Shown piece after piece: positions 1 through 10,012 of a stretch of DNA of 64,000 nucleotides. Location: contig MU008163.1 of the NCBI GenBank assembly GCA_010909165.1, positions 1,550,001 through 1,614,000 of the forward strand, in the 5' to 3' direction. Source of the stretch: Anthoceros angustus (taxonomy: Eukaryota; Plantae; Anthocerotophyta). Each line of letters starts with the position of its first letter. Position 1 is the stretch's first letter. The notes beneath the pieces are model-generated. The model was not told the DNA's origin, did not search any database, and saw only the letters and a program-made list of their open reading frames with translations. The translations under genes and the position numbers were made by a program.

Positions 1-2
1 TT

Positions 3-695
3 GGCATCACCTTCCTTAGCGTACTGACAGCGTGCAGTCATGCCGGTCTAGTGAACAAGGGGAGACAGTACTTTGAGGCTATGAGCAGACAGTACAGCAT
101 AACTCCCTCGGTGGAGCACTACACATGTATGGTGGATCTCCTGGGTCGTGCAGGCCTACTGGAGGAAGCGCTAGCTTTGATAGAGACAATGTCTGTACTG
201 CCTAACGCTGGAGTTTGGCACACTCTGTTGAACGCTTGCCAAAAGTGGTGCAACTTGGAGGTTGGTCGCCATGCTTTCAATGAGGCTATGAAGCTAGACA
301 AGAAAGATGCTTCGGCATATGCGCTGATGTCGAACATATACAAGGGTTCCCAGATGTGGGAGCAGGCACAGGAGATGCAGGCAGCGAGAATAAGAACCAG
401 AGCATGGAAGCAGCTGCCAGGCCAGAGCTGGTGGACAGACATGGACGGACTGGTGCATAGTTTTTTAGTTGGGTATAAGAGGTGCCTTGGGATTTCCAGA
501 ATGAAGCAAGACGGATACGTTTCACATGTGGACTCGCCACCAGCAGACATCTATGATATTAGAAAGCAAGGTGATTTGTGTTGGCGCAACGAGAAGCTGG
601 CTATGGCATCTGTCCTAAACAACACAATCCATGTAACGGCTTATAAGTTTTCAATAGCAACACGTCTCAATGCCACGTCGTCCATGGTGAAGTAG
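3..695 (+). CDS. PLS-class PPR protein, 3' end only (L2-S2-E1-E2, WW-type PG box, degenerate truncated DYW remnant)
   Basis: The frame is open from the window edge: GITFLSVLTACSHAGLV..VEHYTCMVDLLGRAG..VWHTLLNAC..AYALMSNIY..KQLPGQSWWTDMDGLVHSFLVG, then GYVSHV..LCWRNEKLA (cf. canonical LCGHSEKLA). No CxxC or DYW terminus follows. Confidence 0.92.
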   Translation, partial: GITFLSVLTACSHAGLVNKGRQYFEAMSRQYSITPSVEHYTCMVDLLGRAGLLEEALALIETMSVLPNAGVWHTLLNACQKWCNLEVGRHAFNEAMKLDKKDASAYALMSNIYKGSQMWEQAQEMQAARIRTRAWKQLPGQSWWTDMDGLVHSFLVGYKRCLGISRMKQDGYVSHVDSPPADIYDIRKQGDLCWRNEKLAMASVLNNTIHVTAYKFSIATRLNATSSMVK

Positions 696-1173
696 AGAAG
701 CTAACAATAATCAGCATGCCCTGCTCACCTCAACAAAGCCACAGGTGTCGCCGGTTAGGTCTTTGCTAGGTCCATCGGTGGTACCGTCTTGAGGACAACG
801 AGGAATGTCCCGAGCTCATCCACTCAAAAGATGTTATATATACATGGGTCTCCCATCGAACTTGGAAATCTGATCAGTTCGTCGGATCAACGTTAGGGAC
901 GGGTTTGATGTGTACACAGTCCCAGACAAACATCGAGAAATCTGACTAGAAACCCCAGACTTCACGCGCAGACTGTTGTGCCTTAGAAGATGCGCCCGTA
1001 GATTGCCGTCATGCTGCTGTCAATCGCGTTTGCTGCTTTAGGTGCTAACGTTTGCAAATTGCAGTTGTTGCTGATGACCTCCTTACACAAATCCGTCCAA
1101 TTCCATGTCGTCTTGCACAGTGACGGGCTGGTGTCTCCTGAATCTATAGGTTCAGGGCGTGCTCCTGAAAGCC

Positions 1174-4100
1174 ATGGCTGTGCGGAGGTTTCTAGAAAGG
1201 GCTCCGGCTCACCTGACTTCATGGAACCAATCTTTGGTAAACGAGAAAGCCGCGATATGGAGCACCGTTGCAAGGAAGCCAGCCCCTCTGTGTCCAGCTG
1301 GACAGGGATATTCCAGCCAGGTTGTAATGGCTGAAACTGTGAGCAAGCTATGTCAGGAGGGCCATCTCGCTGAAGCTGTTCAGGCTTTGGGGGTTCTGGT
1401 GCAGTCAGAGTGTTGTATTTCCAAAGCTCTGTTTTATACCGTACTGAAGAATTGTGTGGCCAACAAGAATCTTGTTCTGGGTCGTATAGTACATGCTTTT
1501 ACCGTGAGAAAGGGATATCAGAGGGACAAGTTCCTGTGCAACCACATCCTGCGAATGTATGCTTCTCATGGCATGTTGCAAGACGCGATGGATGTGTTCA
1601 CCGGGGTGGCTGAACCAGATGCCTTCATGTGGTGTTCCATAATATCTGCACATGTCAAATACGGACAAGTCCAGCAGGCCATACAACTGTATCATCAGAT
1701 GCGCAGATCAAGAGTGCAGCCAGATGGCCATGTATTTGTGGCAATCCTCCAGGCTTGTGCATCAGGACGAGACTTCAAAACTGGGCAGCAGGTGCATGCA
1801 GACGTGTTGGCCAGTGGGATGGAACCTCACTTGTTTGTCTATAATGGCTTGGTGGACATGTATGCAAAGTGTGGCAGGTTGGAATATGCTCAAAGAGTGT
1901 TTGACGGAATTTGTCAAAAAGATGTGGTGACATGGAATGCTATGATGTCAGGCTATTCCCAGCAGGGCATGGGGCAGGAAGCTCTTAATCTCTACTCTTC
2001 TATGCAAGAAGAAGGCATCGCTGTACCCAATTCCGTGACATTTGTGTGCCTGCTACAGACATGTGCTAATATGGGCACCCGAGCTTTTGAGACAGGGAAG
2101 CATCTTCATGCGCAAATTAGAGAACGAGGACATCAAGCTGATTTGTTTGTATCCAACAGTTTGGTAGACATGTATGCAAAGTGTGGCAGCTTGGAAGATG
2201 CTCAAAGAGTGTTTGACGGGCTTGGCCAAAAAGATGTGGTGACGTGGAATGCTATGATAGCCGGGTATTCCAAGCAGGGCATGGGGCACAAAGCCCTTCG
2301 TCTCTACACTTCTATGAGAGAAGAAGGCATTGCTGTACCCGATCCCATCACATTTGTGTGCCTTCTGCAGGCATGTGCTAGTGCGGGGGTCCCAGCTTTG
2401 AAAATAGGGAAGCAGCTGCATGACCAAATTAAAGAACGTGGACATGAGTCTGGAGTGTTTGTAGCCAGCAGTTTGGTGAACATGTATGCAAAGTGTGGGA
2501 GCTTGCAAGACGCGCAGAGAGTGTTTGACAGACTTGGTCAAAAAGATGTGGTGACGTGGAATGCAATGATGGCAGGGTATTCCCAGCAGGGCATGGGCCA
2601 GGAAGCTCTTCATCTCTATGGGGTTATGCAACAAGAAGGCATAGCTGTCCCAAATTCCGTGACATTTGTGTCCCTTCTGCAGGCATGTGCTAATATGGGC
2701 ACCCGAGCTTTTGAGACAGGGAAGCATCTTCATGCGCAAATTAGAGAACGAGGACATCAAGCTGATTTGTTTGTATCCAACAGTTTGGTAGACATGTATG
2801 CAAAGTGTGGCAGCTTGGAAGATGCTCAAAGAGTGTTTGACGGGCTTGGCCAAAAAGATGTGGTGACGTGGAATGCTATGATAGCCGGGTATTCCAAGCA
2901 GGGCATGGGGCACAAAAGCCCTTCACCTCTACAGTGCTATGCAAGAAGAAGGCATTGCTGTACCGATCCCATCACATTTGTGTGCCTTCTGCAGGCATGT
3001 GCTAGTGCGGGGGTCCCAGCTTTGAAAATAGGGAAGCAGCTGCATGACCAAATTAAAGAACGTGGACATGAGTCTGGAGTGTTTGTAGCCAGCAGTTTGG
3101 TGAACATGTATGCAAAGTGTGGGAGCTTGCAAGACGCGCAGAGAGTGTTTGACAGACTTGGTCAAAAAGATGTGGTGACGTGGAATGCAATGATGGCAGG
3201 GTATTCCCAGCAGGGCATGGGCCAGGAAGCTCTTCATCTCTATGGGGTTATGCAACAAGAAGGCATAGCTGTCCCAAATTCCGTGACATTTGTGTCCCTT
3301 CTGCAGGCATGTACGAGTATGGGCACCAGAGCCTTAGACGAGGGAAAGCAGCTTCATGCACAAATTAGAAAACGAGGATATCATACTGATGTGTTTGTAG
3401 CCAACAGTCTGGTGACCATGTATGCAAAGTGTGGAAGCTTGGAAGCTGCTCAGAATGTGTTTGATGGACTTGGTCACAAAAATGTGGTGACTTGGAACGC
3501 TATGATAGCAGGGTATTCACAGCAGGGCATGGGGCAGGAAGCCCTTCATATTTATACTGCCATGCAAGACGAAGGCATGGCTGCACCCGATTCTGTGACG
3601 TTTATGTGCCTTCTACAGGCATGTGCAACTGTGGGCACCTCAGCTTTGGAAACGGGGAAGCAGCTTCATGAGCAAATTATAGAACAAGGACATGAAGCTG
3701 ATGTGTTTGTTGCTAATAGTCTGGTCAACATGTACGCCAAGTGTGGCAGCTTGGAACGTGCCCAGAGTGTGTTTGACGGACTTGGTCAGAAAGACGTGGT
3801 CAGTTGGAATGTCATGATAGCAGGGTATTCCCAGCAGGACATGGGCCAGGAAGCCCTTCACCTCTACAGTGCTATGCAACAAGATGCCATCGCTGTTCCA
3901 GATTCTGTGACATTTCTGTGCCTCCTGCAGGCTTGTGCAAGTATGGGCACCCCGGCTTTGGTGAAGGGGAGGCAGCTTCATGCGCAAATTAGAGAACGAG
4001 GGTATCAGTGTGACATTAGTGTAGGCAACAGTTTGGTAAACATGTATGCAAAGTGTGGCAGCCCAGAGGATGCTCAGAGAGTGTTTGATGGTCTTGGTAA

Positions 4101-4752
4101 AAAGAATGTGGTGACGTGGAATGCAATGATTGCAGGCTACTCGCAGCAGGGCATGGGGCAGGAAGCCCTTCTTCTTTACAGTGGTATGCAAGAAGAAGGC
4201 ATCGCTGTACCCAACTCTGTGACATTTGTGTGCCTCCTTCAGGCATGTGCAAATGTTGCAGCTTTACATCTGGGAAGGCAGTTACATGCACAGATCAAAG
4301 AACAAGGGCTTGAAGGTGATGTGTTTGTATCTGGCAGTTTGATAAACATGTACGGGAAGTCGGGGAGCATGCTGGATGCACAACAGGTGTTTGATGCGCT
4401 GCCAGGACGAGACATCGTTGCCTGGAGTGCTCTGATTGCAGGTTATGCAGGTGTAGGAAACTCTGTAGTGGTCTTCGACTTGGTCCAGAGAATGCTAGAA
4501 GATGGCATACAGCCGGTTGGCATCACATTTCTTAGCATACTAACAGTATGCAGTCATGCCGGTCTGGTGAACAAGGGGCAAGAATACTTTAAGGCTATGA
4601 GCAGCCAGTACGGCATCACTCCAACAGTGGAGCACTACACATGCATGGTGGATCTCCTGGGCCGTGCAGGCCAAGTGGATGAGGCACTGGCTTTGCTCAT
4701 GAAAATGTCATGGAATCTGGGACAGCTGTGCCTTTTTGTTGCACCGCACTGA
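1174..4752 (+). CDS. PLS-class PPR protein (about 1190 aa) with organellar-type N-terminal extension; reading frame ends prematurely in an inserted antisense patch
   Basis: Repeating 104-aa P-L-S triplets (VVTWNAMIAGYSQQG.. / SVTFVCLLQACA.. / VFVANSLVNMYAKCGSLEDA..), then P2-L2-S2. First ATG is at 1174. After EALALL the sequence switches to foreign sequence at 4698. Confidence 0.92.
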   Translation: MAVRRFLERAPAHLTSWNQSLVNEKAAIWSTVARKPAPLCPAGQGYSSQVVMAETVSKLCQEGHLAEAVQALGVLVQSECCISKALFYTVLKNCVANKNLVLGRIVHAFTVRKGYQRDKFLCNHILRMYASHGMLQDAMDVFTGVAEPDAFMWCSIISAHVKYGQVQQAIQLYHQMRRSRVQPDGHVFVAILQACASGRDFKTGQQVHADVLASGMEPHLFVYNGLVDMYAKCGRLEYAQRVFDGICQKDVVTWNAMMSGYSQQGMGQEALNLYSSMQEEGIAVPNSVTFVCLLQTCANMGTRAFETGKHLHAQIRERGHQADLFVSNSLVDMYAKCGSLEDAQRVFDGLGQKDVVTWNAMIAGYSKQGMGHKALRLYTSMREEGIAVPDPITFVCLLQACASAGVPALKIGKQLHDQIKERGHESGVFVASSLVNMYAKCGSLQDAQRVFDRLGQKDVVTWNAMMAGYSQQGMGQEALHLYGVMQQEGIAVPNSVTFVSLLQACANMGTRAFETGKHLHAQIRERGHQADLFVSNSLVDMYAKCGSLEDAQRVFDGLGQKDVVTWNAMIAGYSKQGMGHKSPSPLQCYARRRHCCTDPITFVCLLQACASAGVPALKIGKQLHDQIKERGHESGVFVASSLVNMYAKCGSLQDAQRVFDRLGQKDVVTWNAMMAGYSQQGMGQEALHLYGVMQQEGIAVPNSVTFVSLLQACTSMGTRALDEGKQLHAQIRKRGYHTDVFVANSLVTMYAKCGSLEAAQNVFDGLGHKNVVTWNAMIAGYSQQGMGQEALHIYTAMQDEGMAAPDSVTFMCLLQACATVGTSALETGKQLHEQIIEQGHEADVFVANSLVNMYAKCGSLERAQSVFDGLGQKDVVSWNVMIAGYSQQDMGQEALHLYSAMQQDAIAVPDSVTFLCLLQACASMGTPALVKGRQLHAQIRERGYQCDISVGNSLVNMYAKCGSPEDAQRVFDGLGKKNVVTWNAMIAGYSQQGMGQEALLLYSGMQEEGIAVPNSVTFVCLLQACANVAALHLGRQLHAQIKEQGLEGDVFVSGSLINMYGKSGSMLDAQQVFDALPGRDIVAWSALIAGYAGVGNSVVVFDLVQRMLEDGIQPVGITFLSILTVCSHAGLVNKGQEYFKAMSSQYGITPTVEHYTCMVDLLGRAGQVDEALALLMKMSWNLGQLCLFVAPH
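2060..3312 (+). repeat. 624-bp internal tandem duplication (two PLS triplets) in PPR gene 2
   Basis: CATGTGCTAATATGGGCACCCGAGC starts at both 2060 and 2684, and the two units are nearly identical. Confidence 0.88.
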
Positions 4753-5004
4753 AGAGATGAAGAGCTTCCTGGCCCATGCCGTGGTGGGAATACCCTGCAA
4801 GCATGGCATTCAATGTCACCTTATCATTTTGACCAAAGTTTTCAAACACCCCCTCAGCATCCTCTAGGCTGCCACACTTTGCATACATGTTTACCAAACT
4901 GCTTGCTATGAACATATCCCCGTCACATCTTCGATCTCGGATTTGCGCATGAAGCTGCTTGCCCATCTCTAAAGCTGGGGCTCCCACAGTTGCACATGCC
5001 TGTA
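4698..5004. repeat. 307-bp near-exact copy of 7352-7658 (PPR gene 3 coding sequence), antisense to host gene 2
   Basis: Direct sequence match. Junction microhomologies are CATGAAAATGTC and TGTA. Confidence 0.9.
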
Positions 5005-5513
5005 CTGCCTAACGCTGCAGCTTGGCACACTCTGTGAGCGTCCTCTAGGCTGCCACACTTCGCATACATGTTTACCAAACTGCTGGCTATAAAGTCGTCA
5101 GCTTGATACCCACATTCTCTGATTTGGGCATGGAGCTGCTTGCCCTTCTCCAACGCTGGGGGGCCCACACTTGCACATGCTCGCAGGAGGCATGAAAATG
5201 TCATGGAATCTGGGACAGCTGTGCCTTTTTGTTGCACCGCACTGAAGAGATGAAGAGCTTCCTGGCCCATGCCGTGGTGGGAATACCCTGCAAGCATGGC
5301 ATTCAATGTCACCTTATCATTTTGACCAAAGTTTTCAAACACCCCTCAGCATATGTCCTGATGTCAAACATTTACATCGGTGCCCAGATGTGGGAGCAGG
5401 CACAGGAGCTGCGGTGGAGGAGAACGGGAATCAGGGCATGGAAGCAGCCAGGTCAGAGCTGGTGGACAGACATGGATGGACTGGTGCATAGTTTCCTGGT
5501 TCACAAAAGCTGA
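5005..5513 (+). pseudogene. Disconnected E1/E2/PG-box tail of PPR gene 2
   Basis: 5005-5035 encodes LPNAAAWHTL (start of E1). 5346-5513 encodes SAYVLMSNIYIGAQMWEQAQ..KQPGQSWWTDMDGLVHSFLVHKS*. The two pieces are separated by a 326-bp insert. Confidence 0.85.
5027..5352. repeat. 326-bp near-exact copy of 7188-7514 (PPR gene 3), antisense to host gene 2
   Basis: Direct match apart from one C missing in a homopolymer. Junction microhomologies are ACACTCTGT and TCAGCAT. Confidence 0.9.
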
Positions 5514-5928
5514 TAAAGTGAAAGAAGGAGGAAGGACGGATTCTGGTTTACCACCGGCAGACAGGAGACAACTCTCAGGTCTCCGCTGAAGCGGCAAGCG
5601 GATCGCCAAACCAAGGCCGTGTGCAGTGTTTCCGCTGAAATGCACTATATTTAAACCAAGGCAACCGACATGCAGTGTGGAGTTTTGAAGGCAAACTTTA
5701 CATCGTGTGGCACAAGGTGAAGCATCATATGTTGCAGTGGCACAGTGGCATTAAATTTGCTTTCCATCCTGAGCAAAAAAGCAATACATCGAATTGCTGG
5801 GGCCGGATAAAACCGCGGACTTATACTACTCTGACTCATGTAAGCAAGTGAACCTTTCAGCAATGTCCGAACGCCGGAGTCTCAAATCGACGGAACCGTG
5901 TCCAGATGATACATGCGCTTTCATCAGC

Positions 5929-8900
5929 CTAAAAAGAACGTGCTGCTGCCAGTCTTCTGCTTAGCTTCTTCTCCCCAACCAAAAAGCTATGCACAAGCCC
6001 ATCCATGTCTGTCCACCAGCTCTGACCTGGCTGCTTCCATGCCCTGATGCTTTTCCTCCTTCCCTGCATCTCTTGTGCCTGTTCCCACATCTGGGCACCG
6101 GTGTATATGTTTGACATCAACACGTACGCTGCAGCATCTTCGTTGTTCAGTTTCACCGCTGCGTTGAAAGCATGAAGTCCCACCTCCACGTTGCTCCACT
6201 TTTGACAAGCGCCCAACAGGGTGTGCCAAACATCAGCACTAGGCTGCACAGGCATTGTTCTTATGAAACTTAGTGCCCCATCGAGCTGGCCTGCACGGCA
6301 TAGGAGATCCACCATGCATGTGCAGTGCTCAACAGTCGGACTGATCCCGTACCGTGTACTCATGGCCTCAAAGTAGTGCCTCCCTTCGGTCACCAGACCC
6401 ACATGACTGCATACCGTTATTACGCTAACCAAGGTGATACCGACTGGCTGTACCCCATCGTCTGACATTTTCTGGACCAAGTTAAAGACCCGTTCGCTGT
6501 CCCCTTGACAGCTATATCCCGCAATCAATGCATTCCAGGCGACAACATCTCTCCTAGGCAGTGCATCAAACACCCGCTGGGCATCAACCATGCTCCCTGA
6601 CTTTCCATACATGTTTATCAAACTCGCGGCTACAGATGTGTCAGCTTGAAGCCCTTGTTGTTCAATCTGTGCATGAAGCTGCCTTCCCAGATGCACAGCC
6701 GCCACATTTGCGCATGCCTGGAGGAGGCATACAAATGTAATGCTATTGGGTGCAACACTGCTCTCGCCTTGCATAGCACTGAAAAGACGGAGGGCTTCTT
6801 GGCCCATGCTCTGCTGGGAATAGCCTGCTATCATGGCATTCCACGTCACCACATTCTTTTCACCAAGTCCATCAAAGACTCTCTGCGCATCCTCTAGGCT
6901 GCCACACTTGGCGTACATGTTTACCAAACTGCTAGCTATAAACACCTCACCTTCTTGTCCTTGTTTTCTGATCTGCGCGTGAAGCTGCCTCCCCTTCTCC
7001 AAAGCCGGGGAGCCCACACTTGCACATGCCTGCAGGAGGCAAACAAACGTCACAGAATCGGGTACAGCCATGGCATCGTCTTGCATAGCACTGTAAAGAT
7101 GAAAGGCTTCCTGGCCCATGCCCTGCTGAGAATACCCTGCAAACATGGCATTCCATGTTACCACATCTTTTTCGACGAGTTTGTCAAACACTCTGTGAGC
7201 GTCCTCTAGGCTGCCACACTTCGCATACATGTTTACCAAACTGCTGGCTATAAAGTCGTCAGCTTGATACCCACATTCTCTGATTTGGGCATGGAGCTGC
7301 TTGCCCTTCTCCAACGCTGGGGGGCCCACACTTGCACATGCTCGCAGGAGGCATGAAAATGTCATGGAATCTGGGACAGCTGTGCCTTTTTGTTGCACCG
7401 CACTGAAGAGATGAAGAGCTTCCTGGCCCATGCCGTGGTGGGAATACCCTGCAAGCATGGCATTCAATGTCACCTTATCATTTTGACCAAAGTTTTCAAA
7501 CACCCCCTCAGCATCCTCTAGGCTGCCACACTTTGCATACATGTTTACCAAACTGCTTGCTATGAACATATCCCCGTCACATCTTCGATCTCGGATTTGC
7601 GCATGAAGCTGCTTGCCCATCTCTAAAGCTGGGGCTCCCACAGTTGCACATGCCTGTAGGAGGCTCACAAATGTCACAGGATCAGGCAGAGTGCTGGCAT
7701 GTTCTTGCATAACAGTGTAGAGATGAAGGGCTTCCTGTCCCATACCCTGCTGGGAATACCCTGCTATCATGGCATTCCATGTCACCACATCCTTTTGACC
7801 AAGTCCACCAAACACTCTTTTAGCATCTTCAAAGCTCCCGCACTTTGCATACATGTTCACCAAACTGTTGGCTACAAACAGATTTGCTTCAAGTCCTTGC
7901 TCTCTGATTTGTGTATGGAGCTGCTCCCCTTTCTCCAGTGCTTGGGAGCCAATACTTGCACATGCCTGCAAGAGGCACACAAAGGTCACAGAATTTGGTA
8001 GAACGGTTCCTTCTTCCAGCATAACACTGTGCAGACGAAGGGCTTCCTGGGCCATGCCCTGCTGGATGTATCCTGCAATTAGAGCAGTCCACGTCACAAC
8101 GTCTTTTTGACCAAGTTCACCAAACACTCTGCGAGCATCCTCTAGGCTGCCACACTTTGCATACATGTTGACCAAACTGTTGGCTACAAACACATCAGCG
8201 TGGTACCCTCGTTCTCTAATTTGTGCATCAAGATGCTTCCCCTTCTCCAAGGCTAGAATGCCCACAGTTGCACAAGCCTGCAGAAGGCAAACAAAGGTCA
8301 CAGAATTGGGTACAATGATACCTTCTTCTTGCATAGCCGTGTAGAGATGAAGGGCTTCCTGCCCCATGTGTTGCTGGGAATATGCTGCGATCATAGCATT
8401 CCACGTTACCACATCTTTCTGATGAAGTCCATCAAACAGTCTTCGAGCATCTTCCACGCTGCCACACCTTCCGTACATCTTTACCAAGCTATTGGATACC
8501 AACATATTAGCTTGATGTCCTTGTACTCTAATGTGCGCGTGAAGCTGCTTTCCCTCCTCCAAAGCTGCAGTGCCAACACTTGCACATGCCTGCAGGAGGC
8601 ACACAAATGTCACAGAATCAGGTGCATCAATCCCACTCTCTTGCATAGTGTAGTAAAGAAGAAGGGCTTCCTGCCCCATGCCCTGCTGGGAATACCCTGC
8701 TATCATGGCATTCCACGTCACCACATCCTTCTCAACAAGTCTGTCAAACACTTTGCGAGCGTCTTCCAGACTGCCACATTTTGCAAACATGTTCACCAAA
8801 CTGTTGGCCACAAAAACATCAGCTTCAAGACCTTGTTTTCGGATTTCTGCATGAAGCTGCTTTCCCTTCTCCAAAGCTGAGCCCCCCACACTTGCACATG

Positions 8901-9792
8901 CCTGCAGGAGGCATACAAATGTGCAAGAATTGGCAGCAGCCATGCCATCTTCGTGCATGGCAATATGGAGACGGAGGGCTGCCTCCCCCATACCCTGCTG
9001 AGAATACCCCGCTATCATAGCATTCCACGTTACCACATCCTTTTGACCAAGAGTGTCGAAAACTCTTTGAGCTTCTTCTAAGCTGCCACATTTTGCATAC
9101 ATATCCACTAAGCTATTACAGACAAACAAATCAAGCTCAACTCCACTGGCCAACACATCTGCATGCACCTGCTGCCCACTTTTCAAGTCTGACCCCCTTG
9201 CGCAAGCCTGTAAGGCAGCCACAAATACATGGCCGTCTGGGGGCAGACTCGAGAAGCGCATCTGATGATATAGCTGTATGGCTTGCTTTTCTTGTCCGTG
9301 TTTCACATGAGCAGAAATTATGGAAAACCACATGAACGAATCTGGTTTCTCAACCACCATGAACACATCCATGGCGTCTTGCAACCTGCCATAAGAAGCA
9401 TACATTCGAAGGATGTGGTTGCACAGGAACGTATCCGACTCATACCCCCTTGTCACAGCGAAAGCATGCACACGCCGGCCCAAAGCAAGGTCCTTATGGG
9501 CAACACAGGTCTTCAGCACGGCATAAAAGAGAAATTTGGAAATACAGCAGTCTATCCGTACCAGAACGCCCAAAGCCTCGACAGCCTCAGTGCCACGGCC
9601 CTGCTCACATAGCCTGCTCACGGTTTCAGCCGTCACGCCCCTTTCCAATCCAACAGCGCTGCCATCATCTGCCAAGCTCCAACCTTCCCTGGCTCTGGCG
9701 ATGAGAGCCCCTGAAGACGACTCTCGCTGGAAGAGCCGTGTCCAGGCAGACAGCCTCTTGGACTGGCTGGCTTTCCTGCAAACGGGCTGCAT
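5929..9792 (-). CDS. Intact PLS-class PPR protein, E-class with WW-type PG box and no DYW domain (1287 aa)
   Basis: Uninterrupted ORF from ATG 9792: N-terminal extension, about 9 PLS triplets, P2-L2-S2, E1 (ADVWHTLLGAC), E2 (AAAYVLMSNIY), KQPGQSWWTDMDGLVHSFLVG, then a stop 13 aa later. Confidence 0.95.
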   Translation of the reverse strand: MQPVCRKASQSKRLSAWTRLFQRESSSGALIARAREGWSLADDGSAVGLERGVTAETVSRLCEQGRGTEAVEALGVLVRIDCCISKFLFYAVLKTCVAHKDLALGRRVHAFAVTRGYESDTFLCNHILRMYASYGRLQDAMDVFMVVEKPDSFMWFSIISAHVKHGQEKQAIQLYHQMRFSSLPPDGHVFVAALQACARGSDLKSGQQVHADVLASGVELDLFVCNSLVDMYAKCGSLEEAQRVFDTLGQKDVVTWNAMIAGYSQQGMGEAALRLHIAMHEDGMAAANSCTFVCLLQACASVGGSALEKGKQLHAEIRKQGLEADVFVANSLVNMFAKCGSLEDARKVFDRLVEKDVVTWNAMIAGYSQQGMGQEALLLYYTMQESGIDAPDSVTFVCLLQACASVGTAALEEGKQLHAHIRVQGHQANMLVSNSLVKMYGRCGSVEDARRLFDGLHQKDVVTWNAMIAAYSQQHMGQEALHLYTAMQEEGIIVPNSVTFVCLLQACATVGILALEKGKHLDAQIRERGYHADVFVANSLVNMYAKCGSLEDARRVFGELGQKDVVTWTALIAGYIQQGMAQEALRLHSVMLEEGTVLPNSVTFVCLLQACASIGSQALEKGEQLHTQIREQGLEANLFVANSLVNMYAKCGSFEDAKRVFGGLGQKDVVTWNAMIAGYSQQGMGQEALHLYTVMQEHASTLPDPVTFVSLLQACATVGAPALEMGKQLHAQIRDRRCDGDMFIASSLVNMYAKCGSLEDAEGVFENFGQNDKVTLNAMLAGYSHHGMGQEALHLFSAVQQKGTAVPDSMTFSCLLRACASVGPPALEKGKQLHAQIRECGYQADDFIASSLVNMYAKCGSLEDAHRVFDKLVEKDVVTWNAMFAGYSQQGMGQEAFHLYSAMQDDAMAVPDSVTFVCLLQACASVGSPALEKGRQLHAQIRKQGQEGEVFIASSLVNMYAKCGSLEDAQRVFDGLGEKNVVTWNAMIAGYSQQSMGQEALRLFSAMQGESSVAPNSITFVCLLQACANVAAVHLGRQLHAQIEQQGLQADTSVAASLINMYGKSGSMVDAQRVFDALPRRDVVAWNALIAGYSCQGDSERVFNLVQKMSDDGVQPVGITLVSVITVCSHVGLVTEGRHYFEAMSTRYGISPTVEHCTCMVDLLCRAGQLDGALSFIRTMPVQPSADVWHTLLGACQKWSNVEVGLHAFNAAVKLNNEDAAAYVLMSNIYTGAQMWEQAQEMQGRRKSIRAWKQPGQSWWTDMDGLVHSFLVGEKKLSRRLAAARSF

Positions 9793-10012
9793 CTCGCGGC
9801 TTCGTTCTTTTCCCGGGGTTGGTTAGTTGATGTCACGTGACAGGAAGCTCTTCCTAGAACATCTGTGATCTTCCACACCGCCATAGGAGATCCACGGGAT
9901 GGACAAGCCCGTCGTGGGCACTGCGATCGTGAATGACGAGAAGAACGTAAGACTAAAGCCTTTCGCAGGTTAATCCATTATTAGGTAGGAGAACATTCAC
10001 ATATTTCGGCTT

